A DNA stretch of 64,000 bases. It comes from Rhodosorus marinus CCMP1338. Lineage: Eukaryota > Plantae > Rhodophyta. Positions within the stretch are counted from its first letter, which is position 1, and each line of letters begins with the position of its first letter. The notes beneath the pieces were generated by a model that was not told the origin of the DNA, searched no databases, and was given only the letters and a program-made list of their open reading frames with translations. Where the stretch lies: assembly GCA_029953675.1 (NCBI GenBank), contig JAMWBK010000002.1, positions 2,108,001 to 2,172,000 of the forward strand, read 5' to 3'. The translations under genes and the position numbers were made by a program. This document shows positions 12,420 to 25,076 of this stretch, one piece after another.

Positions 12420-13263
12420 ATGACGCGCGTCCAACAATAAAGCAACGTTGGAACGCCACAGGGTTAAGGTCCACTTACGTGAGGAGGCTATCAAGACGAT
12501 CTGGGTTGTTTCGAAAGAGCCCACAAACCCAACGAGAACTTGCACTATCAACTAAACCGAAGCACTCGATGATGAGAGGAGCAAACCGATAGGACAAAGC
12601 CGAATCGCGAAGCGTAGAGTAGACTCTACGCTCTAACATAGCCGCAGCGTACTGGGATTCCTTCAGTTGCCGCAGAGACCGAGCTGCAGCGCCTCGGCGT
12701 CGGGCAGCCGCTGGCAGGTATCTGGTAGCCTGAGGATACGGGATAGAAAGGTCGGCGTACTCACTCCGACGAGCACTCAGATCCGTGACCACTAGGTCCG
12801 CCTCCCTTTGTACCACCGGGGCGTCAGCCTCATCAGTAGTTGCCGTTGCCACGGGCAGGGGGACCCCATACTCCACCTCCCGGTCCATGCCCAGCACCAG
12901 AGAACGAAGATAGCGGAACAGCAACCTGTTGAGCCGCTTATGGCGCGAGTCCGGACCTGCGGACGAGATGCCAACAAGTGCCCTCCAAAGTCACCGCAAG
13001 GCACTGAGTCGCCGCACAGGTTACATCTCGAATTCCTCTCCGCAGGCCATGCTGGTTTTGGCTACACCGATGAACGTTACGCTTCCAAGAACCATGACCC
13101 TGCTAGCTGCCGAGATCCAGAACCTGCTCCTCTCTGTCTCGGAGAACTTGCACGCAGATTGTTCGCCTTCCCTCGCCCGCGCCGCCACATGCCACGGAAT
13201 CCAACTACTGAACCCGAGTCCTGTGCAACGACCTATACCGTCAACTGAGACGGCCGAAGACAA
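12420..13263 (-). mobile_element. CRE-like subfamily B copy (zinc knuckle + RLE)
   Basis: CNLCGDSVPCGDFGGHLL and the RLE ORF at 12475-12924. Confidence 0.85.
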
Positions 13264-13287
13264 CCCACCACGGCTATTAACCCTGGT

Positions 13288-16216
13288 GATCCGTTTATTC
13301 AGAGGCTAACTACCCTGAGAAGCGAGACACAAACTAGACGCTGATGACGCGCGTCCACAAACAAAGCAGAATTGGAGCGCCACAGGGTCAAAGAAAGCTC
13401 CGTGAGCAGACTATCTAAACGCCCTGGGTCGTTACGAAACAGAGCTCGCAGCCAGCGAGAACCTACACTATCTATCAAGCCAAAGCACTCAATAATGAGG
13501 GGGACGAACCGGTATGTCACCGCCGAATCGCGAAAGGTAGGGTTTGACATCGCTGCCGTGTACTGCGAATCTTTCACTTGCCGCATAGACCGAGCTGCAG
13601 CTCCTCGACGCCGAGCCGACGCAGACAGGTACCTGGTCGCCTGGGGTTGACGCCGAGGACAAGGGATGGAGAGATCAATGTACTCACTGCGACGCGATTG
13701 AGGTCAGTCACAACGAGATCCGCCACCCGCTGTACCGCGCGTGGGGCGTCACTCTCATCAGCAATTTCCGATGCCACCGCCAGAGCGACCTCATACTCTA
13801 CTTCTCGGTCCGTACCGAGCTATTGAGAACGAAGGGAGCGGAAAAGCGGTTGAGCCGCGTATGGCGTCTGGTCCGGGCCCCTTGAACCTCCGCACAAGAC
13901 GCCAACAGATGCGCACAATAATCACCCCACGGCACATTGGCACAATGCGCATCTAGAATCCCGCTCAACAGGCCAAGGGAGTTGCGGCAAGCCCCGGTAA
14001 AGTCGTAAGCTTACACGAAGGTGCTGTTGCGGCTGAAACATCAGTTCCCGCGGGTCCGTGCGGTCGCCTTCGGGCCACGATTTGTCACCTTGGGTGCCGA
14101 GAGCCACACCTTTGCGGCTCATACGGGTGTGCAGCAGGGCGATCCCTTAGGGCCGTTCCTGCACGCCTGTGGATTGCAACTGGTGGTGTTGCGGCTGAAA
14201 CATCAGTTGATGATGATCAGTTCCCGCGGGTCCGTGCGGTCGCCTTCCATGACGATGTGACGCTTCTTGGCACTCCCCACGATCTGGTGCCGGCCTACGA
14301 TTTTCTCGGCGAGGTGGCTTGCTTGGTGGGGCTGCGTATCAACCATGCCAAGTGCGATTTCTCGGGGGGGGTCTCACTGCACCGCGGACGCGGTTCCATC
14401 CAGGTTACGAGATATTTGGCGAGCTGAGGGCTTACAGAAGTTCGGTGTCCCCGTAGGCACCCCGATATTTGTTGAACGCAGCCTCTCCGCGCTCCTGAGT
14501 TATCATGATGAGCTCCTGACTGAGCTGTGCAGTCTCCCCGAAGGGTACCTCCAGACCCCTCTGCTCATCTTCCGGTTCAGCGCGTGCCAGAAGCTGACCT
14601 ATTTTTTGTGGCAGCTACCCTCCGGGTCCCCACAAGACCCCCGTCTTGGCTGGCGCTCCAGGCAGACCGACGAGCGAGGGAAGTGCTAGGCACGCTGATG
14701 GATGCTGAGCTATCTGTTTTGGGGGATGCAGAAAAGGACGTCCTTCACCGGCAGATCGCGTTGCCCGTGCGGTTGGGCGGGCTGGTGGGATCTTCTCCGG
14801 CGATCCAGCCGGCGGCTGTGGTGAGTTCGTGGGCCAATGCGCTTTATACATGGTCCACCGATTGTGATCCGCATGTGAGTGGTTGTTGAGTGGACTTCGG
14901 GTTGGGCGGCTGGACGGGACTCTCGCCCCACGGCTCGAGGGGGTTTCTTCGGAACTGGAGGCCGCTTTTCAAGAATGTACCGCCCTGCCGAGTGGTACCC
15001 AGGCTCGTTGCGATTCCTGGGCGGCAGTTCTTGACTCCCTCGGTGGCCAGCTTTCGCGAGTCTCTGCTGCAGCACCGTGTGTTGGAAATGGTGTAGAAAC
15101 TGCCGAGGATATTGACGCCGTGCCTGTGCCGTCGAGACCGCCAGAGGACGGCGTTTCCCGGTCGGGTCCGACCCCTTCGAGGACCGATGTAATCCAAAAA
15201 ACCCTTTCGTGGGACATACATCGGAACTCGTATGCCACCCTTCTGAGTTTACCTTCGTGCTCGGCGTCGACTTTGGCTCGCCTGCGCGGTTTAGGGGGGA
15301 GTCTGCTCCCGTTTCTTCACGGTCATACCTGCGTGCGTATCCACGGTTGGCGCTTACCGATCTCGAACTTCGTGTAGGCTTACGACTTTACGTGGGCTTG
15401 CCGCAACCCCCTTGGCCTGTTGAGCGGGATTCTAGATGCGCATTGTCCGGGGCCAATGTGCCGTGGGGTGATTATGGTGCGCATCTGTAGGCGTCTTGTG
15501 CGGAGGTTCAAGGGGCCCGGACCAGACGCCATACGCGGCTCTACCGCTTGCTTTTCCGCTACCTTCGTTCTCAATCGCTCGGTACGGATCGAGAAGTGGA
15601 GTATGAGGTCGCTCTGGCGGCGGCATCGGAAATTGCTGATGAGAGTGACGCCCCAGCGGTACAGCGGGTGGCGGATCTCGTTGTGACTGACCTCAATGCG
15701 CGTCGCAGTGAGTACATTAACCTCTCCATCCCTTGTCCTCAGGCGACCAGTTACCTGCCTGCGTCGGCTCGGCGTCGAGGAGCTGCAGCATGGTCCATGG
15801 GGCAAGTGAAAGATTCGCAGTACGCGGCAGCGATGTCAAACCCTACCTTTCGCGATTCGGCGGAGTCATATCGGTTCGTCCCTCTCATTATTTAGTGCTT
15901 TAGCTTGATAGATAGTGTAGGTTCTCGCTGGCTGCGAGCTCTGTTTCGCAACGACTTAGGGCGTTTAGATAGTCTGCTCACCGAGCTTTTTTTGACCCTG
16001 TGGCGCTCCAATTCTACTTTGTTTGTGGACGAGCGTCATCAGCGTCTTGTCTCTCGCTTCTCAGGGTAGTTAGCCTCTGAATAAACGGATCATCAAGTTC
16101 GAGATCGGTAAGCGCCAACCGCGGATACGCAGGTATGACCGTGAAGAAACGGGAGCTGAAACTCCCCCCCAAACCGCGCAGGCGAGCCAAAGTCGACGCT
16201 GAGCACGAACGTAAAC
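13288..16216 (-). mobile_element. Subfamily A host copy (13288-14020 + 16095-16216) split by a nested insertion
   Basis: The sequence stops at ..TTACACGAAG (14020) and resumes at AAGTTCGAGATCGG (16095); 3-bp duplication AAG. Confidence 0.85.
14021..16094 (+). mobile_element. Subfamily A copy, RT mid-region to 3' tail (nested, frameshifted)
   Basis: GVQQGDPLGP, FHDD, zinc knuckle, RLE, then SG*-AATAAA-(ATC)2. Confidence 0.9.
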
Positions 16217-17650
16217 GCCCGTGTTTCTTTAATGCTTTATTTTGATCGTTTCTCGGTGGAATCCCTCGCCCCTTCGGATCTCCTTGGCGCTCGCTCGCGC
16301 AGAGGACATTCTGACCTTGGCGGTTTCGGCCCATTTTGAACGGCTTTCAAGGGTTCAGAAAAACCTGCTAGATCGGCTCCCAAATAGGGGTTCCTCCATG
16401 CTGCGGTCCAAGATTTCCCCGCCTCGGAAACTTCGCTTTTGGAGAATCAACCTGACTTTGCTCAGGTGTTTCCCGCTGGGCGTCCTTCTGTCGGTGCGGA
16501 GCCTTGTGACGACGTGGGGGAACTACCCTCTATGGATGTGAATGTCGATCCAGAGGTGGACACGCTCGCCATTGAGCCGAGTACCCCTTCGCCCTTTGGC
16601 GTCCAGGGGAGGGTCTCCGGCTCCTGAGGGGCTGCTATCTATGCATCCTTATCCTCTTTGCGTGCCCCTCCGCTCAAGCGCCCCTTCTTGGCGCCAGTTG
16701 CGGGGGGAAATTCTTCTGATTCCGTCGCGGATTCGCATCGCGTGGACGCTTCCTCCGTGGTGAGGGAGCAGGATGTCTGAGTCTTTTAGGGAACATTGCG
16801 AGCTTGCTGCTTTCTTTCCGAGCCCAGGTAGCTTTGAGGGCTGGCGTTCTCGTCTTTTCTCTTGGTTCGAAGGTTTTGTTGGGCGTTTCCTTCTGGGGAT
16901 ATCCCTCTTTGCCTTCGTTCGCCCCCAGTCTCTCTCCCTCATCGTTTGCGCAGGAGGGTTTCTTTTCTTTTGGATTTCCTGCTTATGGAGGTGGCCGACC
17001 ATCCTCAAGCAGCACTTGCTTGGAAGCTTTTGTTTTGTTTTTTCTCGGCTAGTGCTCACGGTCTCCCAGGGGCGCGATGCATGTCCAATTAGACGCAAAG
17101 TTCAGTCTTTTCTGGCGGGGGACTATGCTTTCTTAAAATATTTATACCTCGCTAATGTCTCTTCTTCCTCTTCGTGCTGGACTTCACCCTCTTCTCGTTC
17201 CCGTAGGCAGGTACGGGCAAAGGCAGCAGTGGCACAGGGGGATATTCGGAGTGGGGCGGCCATCGTCCAGCAAGGCGCTTCAGTCGAGCCGTATCGGACT
17301 GGCCGGGCTGATCCAGTCGCCGCGTTGTTCCCTGCGCGCGACGTGAGTTGCAACTCTGAGTTCCAGCGTGTTTAGTAGGATCTAAAGATCCTTTTGTCAA
17401 TTCCTCACGCGGTAGGGGTCGGTTGCTTGTTCGGCCGGATGAGGTTCAGGCTCTGCTCCGGTCCCCCGGAAAGGTCGTGCACCTGGTCCCTCAGGACTCC
17501 GGGTCGAACTTTTTCACTGGTTGGGTGAAGAAGGGCTGGACGCCCTTGCGCGGGTACTGGAGGGTCTTGTCAATGGGGACGATTTTTGCGCAGAGGCCTG
17601 GGCACTATTGTCGCGCTCCCAACTGGTCCTCTCGCCCAAACCTGGACATT
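16216..17650 (+). mobile_element. Probable 5' part of the CRE-like element (N-terminal region and RT domains 0-1)
   Basis: ..RAKAAVAQGDIRSGAAI..AALFP..RKGRAPGPSGLRVELF..LLSRSQLVLSPKPG; frameshifted. Assignment to subfamily A is inferred. Confidence 0.8.
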
Positions 17651-18059
17651 GGACCACAGCATGGAGGAACCCCTATTTGGGAGCCGATCTAGCAGGTTTT
17701 TCTTAACCCTTGAAAGCCGTTCAAAATGGGCCGAAACCGCCAAGGTCAGAATGTCCTCTGCGCGAGCGAGCGCCAAGGAGATCCGAAGGGGCGAGGGATT
17801 CCACAGAGGAACGATCAAAATAAAGCATTAAAGAAACACGGGCGCGTGTCAAAACTTAATTCGCTAAAACAGGTCTCTGCGCAGGAGCGTTTTCAACAAA
17901 GTAGATAGGATTTGGTGCGCAGTATCTGTTTAGATAGTCTGCTCACGGAGCTTTCTTTGACCCTGTGGCGCTCCAATTCTGCTTTTTTGGTGGACGCGCG
18001 TCATCAGCGTCTTGTCTCTCGCTTTTCAGGGTAGTTAGCCTCTGAATAAACGGATCATC

Positions 18060-18946
18060 ATGTGTCGCCGGGACTTGTATGTGACCCTTCTGAGTTTACC
18101 TTCATGCTCGGCGTCGACTTTGGCCCGCCTGCGCGGTTTGGGGGGGAGTCTCAGCTCTCGTTTCTTCACGGTCATACCTACGTATCCGCGGTTGGCGCTT
18201 ACCGATCTCGAACTTCGTGTAAGCTTGCGACTTTACCAGGGCTTGTCGCAACCCCCTTGGCCTGTTGAGCGGGATTCCAGATGCGCATTGTGCGGGGCCA
18301 GCCAATGTGCCATGGGGTGATTATGGTGCGCATCTGTAGGCGTCTTGTGCGGAGGTTCCAGGGGCCCGGACCAGACGCCATACGCGGCTCTACCGCTTGC
18401 TTTTCCGCTACCTTCTTTCTCAATCGCTCAGTACGGACCGAGGAGTGGAGTATGAGGTCCCTCTGGCCGCGGCATCGGAAATTGCTGATGAGAGTGACGC
18501 CCCAGCGGTACAGCGGGTGGCGGATCTCGTTGTGAATGACCTCAATGCGCGTCGCAGTGAGTACATTGACCTCTCCATCCCTTGTTCTCAGGCGACCAGG
18601 TACCTGCCTGCGTCGGCTCGGCGTCGAGGAGCTGCAGCACGGTCCATGGGGAAAGTGAAAGATTCGCAGTACACGGCAGCGATGTCAAACCCTACCTTTC
18701 GCGATTCGGCGGTGACATACCGGTTCGTCCCCCTCATTACTGAGTGCTTTGGCTTGATAGATAGTGTAGGTTCTCGCTGGCTGCGAGCTCTGTTTCGCAA
18801 CGACCCAGGGCGTTTAGATAGTCTGTTCACGAAGCTTTCTTTGACCCTGTGGCGCTCCAATTCTGCTTTGTTTGTGGACGCCCGTCATCAGCGTCTTGTC
18901 TCTCGCTTCTCAGGGTAGTTAGCCTCTGAATAAACGGATGATCATC
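18060..18946 (+). mobile_element. Subfamily A 3' fragment (zinc knuckle + RLE + tail), preceded by a ~130-bp 3' fragment at ~17926-18059
   Basis: RLE ORF 18397-18918 ending RFSG*; tails at ~18060 and ~18946. Confidence 0.9.
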
Positions 18947-19804
18947 TAGAATCCCGCTCAACAGGCCCTTTGACCCCTTTGGGTTGCGGCAAGCCGAGGT
19001 AAAGTCGAAAGCTTACACGAAGTTCGAGATCGGTAAGCGCCAACCGCGGATACGCAGGTTTAACCGTGAAGAAACGGGAGCTGAGACTCCCCCCCAAACC
19101 GCGCAGGCGAGCCAAAGTCGACGCCGAGCACGAACGTAAACTCAGAAGGGTGGCATGCGAGTCCCGATGTATGTCCCATGAAAGCGTTTTTTGGATTACA
19201 TCGGTCCTCCAAGGGGCCGGACCCGACCCGGAAAACCCCGGTCGGGTCGGGTGTTTGCCCTCCTTTGGCGGTCTCGACGGCACAGCCACGGCGTAAATAT
19301 CCTCGGCAGTTTCTACACCATTTCAAACTCACGGTGCTGCAGCAGAGACTTCGGAACGGTGGCCACCGAGGGAGTCAAGAACTGCCGCCCAGGAATCGCA
19401 ACGAGCCTGGGTACCACTCGGCAGGGCGGAACATTGTTGAAAAGCGGCCTCCAGTTTCGCAAAAATCCCCCTGAGCCGTGGGGCGAGAGTCCCGTCCAGC
19501 CGCCCAACCCGAAGTCTACTCAACAAACCACTCACATGCGGATCACACTCCGTAGACCATGTATAAGCGCATTGGCCCACGAACTCACCACAACCGCCGG
19601 CTGGAGCACCGCGTAAGATCCCATAGCCAGCCCGCCCAACCGCACGGGCAACGCGATCTGCCGTTAAAGGACGTCCTTTTCTGTATCCGCCCAAACAGAT
19701 AGCTCAGCAGCATCCATCAGCGTGCCTAGCACGTCCCTCGCTCGTCAGTCTGCGCAGAGCGCCAGCCAAGACCCCCACTCGGAGGGTAGCTCCCGCAAAA
19801 AATA
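18944..19804 (-). mobile_element. Subfamily A internal fragment (post-RT region)
   Basis: Reverse complement matches ~14620-15440. Confidence 0.85.
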
Positions 19805-19811
19805 CGAACTT

Positions 19812-22800
19812 GATGATGATGATCCGTTCATTCAGAGGCTAACTACACACTGAGAAGCGAGACACAAGACGCTGATGACGCTTGAAAACAAGCAAAGCAG
19901 AATTGGAGCGCCACAGGGTCAAAGAAAGCTCCGTGAGCAGACTATCTAAACGAGCTAGGTTCTCGCTGGCTGCAGAGCTCGCAGCCGGCGAGAACCTACA
20001 CTATCTATCAAGCCAAAGCACTCAACAATGAGGGGGACGAACCGGTATGTCACCGCCGAATCGCGAAAGGTAGCGAAGCATTGTGGATGCCGGCGAGCCG
20101 CTTTATATCGCGTCAGCTCACTAGGGAAGCCAGGGCTTTTTTTGGGTTGACCCAGGTCGGTGTCGGCTATTCAGGTGGCTGTGAACTGGTGACGCGTATC
20201 CTGCAGCTGGACGGTCTCCGCGATGAGCCCTTGGGCACGCTTTCTGTGGATTTCGCGAACGCATTTAACAGTGTGTCTCGAGCGCACGCGCTTGAGGTAG
20301 TTCGTCAGCTTTTCCCCTCTGGCTTTCCGTTCTTACGCCGCCGCGTCTATGATGAAGCGCCGAACGGGCCCCGATTTGTCACCTTGGGTGCCGAGAGCCA
20401 CACCTTTGCGGCTCTTACGGGTGTTCAGCAGGGTGATCCCTTAGGGCCGTTCCTGCACGCCTGTGGATTGCAACTGGTGCTGTTGCGGCTGAAACATCAG
20501 TTCCCGCGGCTCCGTGCGGTCGCCTTCCATGACGATGTGACGCTTCTGGGCACTCCCGACGATCTGGTGCCGGCCTACGATTTTCTCGGCGAGGTGGCTT
20601 GCTTGGTGGGGCTGCATATCAACCACGCCAAGTGCGACTTCTGGGGGAGTCTCACTGCACCGCATCCAGGTTCCGAGATATTTGGCGAGCTGAGGGCTTC
20701 CTTCTGTTCGGTGTCCCCGTAGGCACTCCGATGCTTGTTGAACGCAGCCTCTCCGCGCTCCTGAGTCATCATGATAAGCTCAGTCAGGAGCAGTCTCCCA
20801 GAAGGGTACCTCCAGGCCGCTCTGCTCATCTTCCGGTTCAGCGCGTGCCAGAGGTTGCCCTATTTTTTGCGGCAGCTACCCTCCGAGTGGGGGTCTTGGC
20901 TCGCGCTCTGCGCAGACTGACGAGCGAGGGACGTGCTAGGCACGCTGGTTGATGCTGAGCTATCTGTTTTGGGGGATGCAGAAAAGGACGTCCTTCATCG
21001 GCAACTCGCGTTGCCCGTGCGGTTGGGCGGGCTGGCTGTGGGATCTTACGCCGCGATCCAGCCGGCGGCTGTGGTGAGTTCCTGGGCCAATGCGCTTAAT
21101 ACATGGTCTACGGAGTGTGATCCGCATGTGAGTGGTTTGTTGAGTGGACTTCGGGTTGGGCGGCTGGACGGGACTCTCGCTCCACGGCTCGGGAGGGTGT
21201 TTTCGGAACTGGTGGCCACTTTTCAACAATGTACCGCCCTGCCGAGTGGTACCCAGGCTCGTTGCGATTCCTGGGCGGCAGTTCTTGACTCCCTCGGTGG
21301 CCAGCGTTCGTGAGTCTCTGCTGCAGCACCGTGTGTTGGAAATGGTGTAGAAACTGCCGATGATATTGACGCCGTGGCTGTGCCGTCGAGACCGCCAGAG
21401 GACGGCGTTTCCCGGTCGGGTCCGGCCCCTTCGAGGACCGATGTAATCCAAAAAACCCTTCCGTGTGACATACGTCGGGACTCGTATGCCACCCTTCTGA
21501 GTTTACCTTCGTGCTCGGCGTCGACTTTGGCTCGCCTGCGCGGTTTAGGGGGGAGTCTGAGGTCCCGGTTCTTCACTGTCATATTTGCGCATCCGGGGCT
21601 TGCGCTTGCCGATCTCGAACTTCGTGTAAGCTTACGACTTTACGTGGGATTGCCACAACCCCCTTGGCCTGTTGAGCGGGATTCTAGATGCTCATTGCGC
21701 GGGGCCAATGTGCCGTGGGGTGATTATGGTGCGCATCTGTTGGCGTCTTGTGCGGAGGTTCAAGGGGCCCGGACCAGACGCCATACGCGGCTCTACTGCT
21801 TGGTGTTCCGCTACCTTCGTTCTCAATCGCTCGGTACAGACCGAGAAGTGGAGTATGAGGTCGCTCTGGCCGCGGCATCGGAAACTGCTTATGAGAGTGA
21901 CGCCCCAGCGGTACAGCCGGTGGCGGATCTCGTTGTGAATGACCTCAATCGCGTCGCAGTGAGTACATTGACCTCTCCATCCCTTGTCCTCAGACGACCA
22001 GGTACCTGCCTGCGTCGGTTCGGCGTCGAGGAGCTGCAGCACGGTCCATGGGGCAAGTGAAAGATTCGCAGTACGCGGCAGCGATGTCAAACCCTACCTT
22101 TCGCGATTCGGCGGTGACATACCGGTTCATCCCCCTCATTATTGAGTGCTTTGGCTTGATAGATAGTGTAGGTTCTCGCTGACTGCGAGCTCTGTTTCGC
22201 AACGACCCAGGGCGTTTAGATAGTCTGCTCACGGAGCTTTCTTTGACCCTGTGGTGCTCCAATTCTGCTTTGTTTGTGGACGCGCGTCATCAGCGTCTAG
22301 TTTATGTCTCGCTTCTCAGGGTAGTTAGCCTCTGAATAAACGGATCATAAAAGGTAGGGTTTGACATCGCTGCCGCGTACTGCGAATCTTTCACTTGCCC
22401 CATGGACCGAGCTGCAGCTCCTCGACGCCGAGCCGACGCAGGCAGGTACCTGCTTGCCTGAGGATAATGGATGGAGAGGTTAATGTACTCACTGCGACGC
22501 GCATTGAGGTCAGTCACAACGAGATCCGCCACCCGCTGTACCACTGGGGCGTCACTCTCATCAGCAATTTCCGATGCCAACCGCCAGAGCTACCTCATAC
22601 TCCACTTCTCGTTCGTACCGAGCGATTGAGAACGAAGGTAGCGGAAAAATAAGCGGTTGAGCCGCGTATGGCGTCTGGCCCGGGCCCCTTGAACCTCCGC
22701 ACACCACGCGTACAGATGCGCACCATAATCACCCCACGGCACATTGGCCGGCCCCGGACAATGCGCATCTAGAATCCCGCTCAACAGGCCAAGGGGGTTG

Positions 22801-23100
22801 CGGCAAGCCCAGGTAAAGTCGTAAGCTTACACGAAGTTCCAGGTCGGTAAGCGCCAACCGCGGATACGCAGGTATGACGGGAACTCTTGAAGAAAGCGAC
22901 GCGCGTCATCAGCGTCTTGTCTCTTGCTTCTCAGGGTAGTTACCTTCTGAATAAACGGATCATCATCGGTGTGACCGTGAAGAAACGGGAGCTGAGACTT
23001 CCCCCAAACCGCGCAGGCGAGCCAAAGTCGACGCCGGGCACAAAGGTAAACTCAGAAGGGTCGCATACGAGTCCCGATGTATGTCCCACGAAAGGTAACC
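19812..23100 (-). mobile_element. Subfamily A host copy (19812-20073 + 22350-23100) carrying nested insertions
   Basis: Interrupted at AAAGGTAG (20066-20073), which is duplicated at 22350-22357; a second insertion at 22879-22967 has TSD GGTATGAC/GGTGTGAC. Confidence 0.85.
20074..22349 (+). mobile_element. Longest subfamily A copy, RT to 3' tail (2.28 kb), with 8-bp TSD
   Basis: ORF 20081-20722 carries QVGVG, DFANAFN, QQGDPLGP and FHDD; RLE follows, then the tail; TSD AAAGGTAG. Confidence 0.92.
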
Positions 23101-23276
23101 CGAACTTGATCATCCGTTTATTCACCCGAACTTGATGACCCGAAGTTCGTGTACGCTTACGACTGTACCTGGGGTTCGTGCAAAACCCTTTGTGAATAAG
23201 CGGATCATCAACCCCTTGCCCTGTTGAGCGGGATTCTAGATGTGCATTGTCCTGGGCCAATGTGCCGTGGGGTTAC

Positions 23277-24170
23277 GATGATCCGTTTATTCAGAGGCTA
23301 ACTACCCTGAGATGCGATAGACGAGACGCTGATGACGCGCGTCCACAAACAAAACAGAATTAGAGCGCCACAGGGTCAAAGAAAGCTCCGTGAGCAGACT
23401 ATCGAAACGCCCTGGGTCGTTGCGAAACAGAGCTCGCAGCCAGCGAGAACCTGTGTAGGTTGCGAGCTCTGTTTCGCAACGACCCCTTCATAGATAGTGT
23501 TAGCTATCAAGCCAAAGCACTCAGTAATGAGGGGGACGAACCGGTATGTCACCGCCGAATCGCGAAAGGTAGGGTTTGACATCGCTGCCGTGTACTGCGA
23601 ATCTTTCACTTGCCGCATGGACCGAGCCGCAGCTCTTCGACGCCGAGCCGACGCAGGCAGGTACCTGGTCGCCTGAGAACAAGGGATGGAGAGGTCAATG
23701 TACTCACTGCGACGCGCATTGAGGTCATTCACAACGAGATCCGCCACCCGCTGTACCGCTGGGGCGCCACTCTCATCAGCAATTTCCGATGCCGCGGCCA
23801 GAGCGACCTCATACTCCACTTCTCGGTCTGTACCGAGCGATTGAGAACGAAGGTAGCGGAACAGCAAGCGGTTGAGCCACGTATGGCGTCTGGTCCGGGC
23901 CCCGGACAATGCGCATCTAGAATCCCGCTCAACAGGCCAAGCGGGTTTCGGCAAGCCCAAGTAAAGTCGTAAGCTTACACGAAGTTCGAGATCGGTAAGC
24001 GCCAACCGCGCATACGCAGGTATGACCGCGAGGAAACGGGAGCTGAGACTCCCCCCCAAAACCGCGCACGCGAGCCAAAGTCGACGACGAGCACGCAGGT
24101 AAACTCAGAAGGGTGGCATACGAGTCCCGATGTATGTCCCACGAAAGGGTTTTTTGGATTACATCGGTCC
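23277..24170 (-). mobile_element. Subfamily A 3' fragment with an internal inverted duplication
   Basis: GATGATCCGTTTATTCAG terminus; RLE ORF 23376-24059; hairpin at 23414-23485. Confidence 0.85.
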
Positions 24171-24198
24171 TCGGTCCAGCCGGCGGCTGTGGTGAGTT

Positions 24199-24487
24199 AA
24201 TGATGCGTTTATTCAGAGGCTAACTACCCTGAGAAGCGAGAGACAAGACGCTGATTATGCGCGTCCACAAACAAAGCAGAATTGGAGCGCCACCCTGTGG
24301 CAGGTCAAAGAAAGCTCCGTGGCAGACTATCTAAACGCCCTGGGTCGTCGTAGCCAGCGAGAACCTACACTATCTATCAAGCCAAAGCACTCAATAATGA
24401 GGGGGACGAACCGGTATGTCACCGACGAATCGCGAAAGGTAGGGTTTGACATCGCTGCCGCGTACTGCGAATCTTTCACTTGCCCCA
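24199..24487 (-). mobile_element. 289-bp subfamily A 3' fragment with 9-bp TSD TGGTGAGTT
   Basis: TSD at 24190-24198 and 24488-24496 inside a + strand copy. Confidence 0.88.
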
Positions 24488-25076
24488 TGGTGAGTTCGGC
24501 CAATGCGCTTAATACATGGTCTACGGAGTGTGATCCGTATGTGAGTGGTTTGTTGAGTGGACTTCGGGTTGGGCGGCTGGACGGGACTCTCGCCCCACGG
24601 CTCCGGGGGGTTTTTGCGGAACTGGAGGCTGCTTTTCAACAATGTACCGCCCTGCCGAGTGGTACCCAGGCTCGTTGCGATTCCTGGGCGGCAGTTCTTG
24701 ATTGACTCGGTGGCCAGTGTTCGGGAGTCTCTGCTGCAGTACCGCGTGTTGGAAATGGTATAGAAACTGCTCAGGATATTGACGCCGTCGCTGTGTGGTC
24801 TAGACCGCCAGAGGACGGCGTTTCCCGGTCGGGTCCGGCCCTTTCGAGGACCGATGTAATCCAAAAAACCCTTTCGTGGGACATACATCAGGACTCGTAT
24901 GCCACCCTTCTGAGTTTACCTTCGTGCTCGGCGCCGACTTTGGCTCGCCTGCGCGGTTTGGGGGGGCCTCGGCGTCGATTTTGGCTCGCCTGCACGGTTT
25001 GGGGGGGAGTCTCAGCTCCCGTTTCTTCACGGTCATACCTGCGTATCCGCGGTTGGCGCTTCCCGATCTCGAACTT

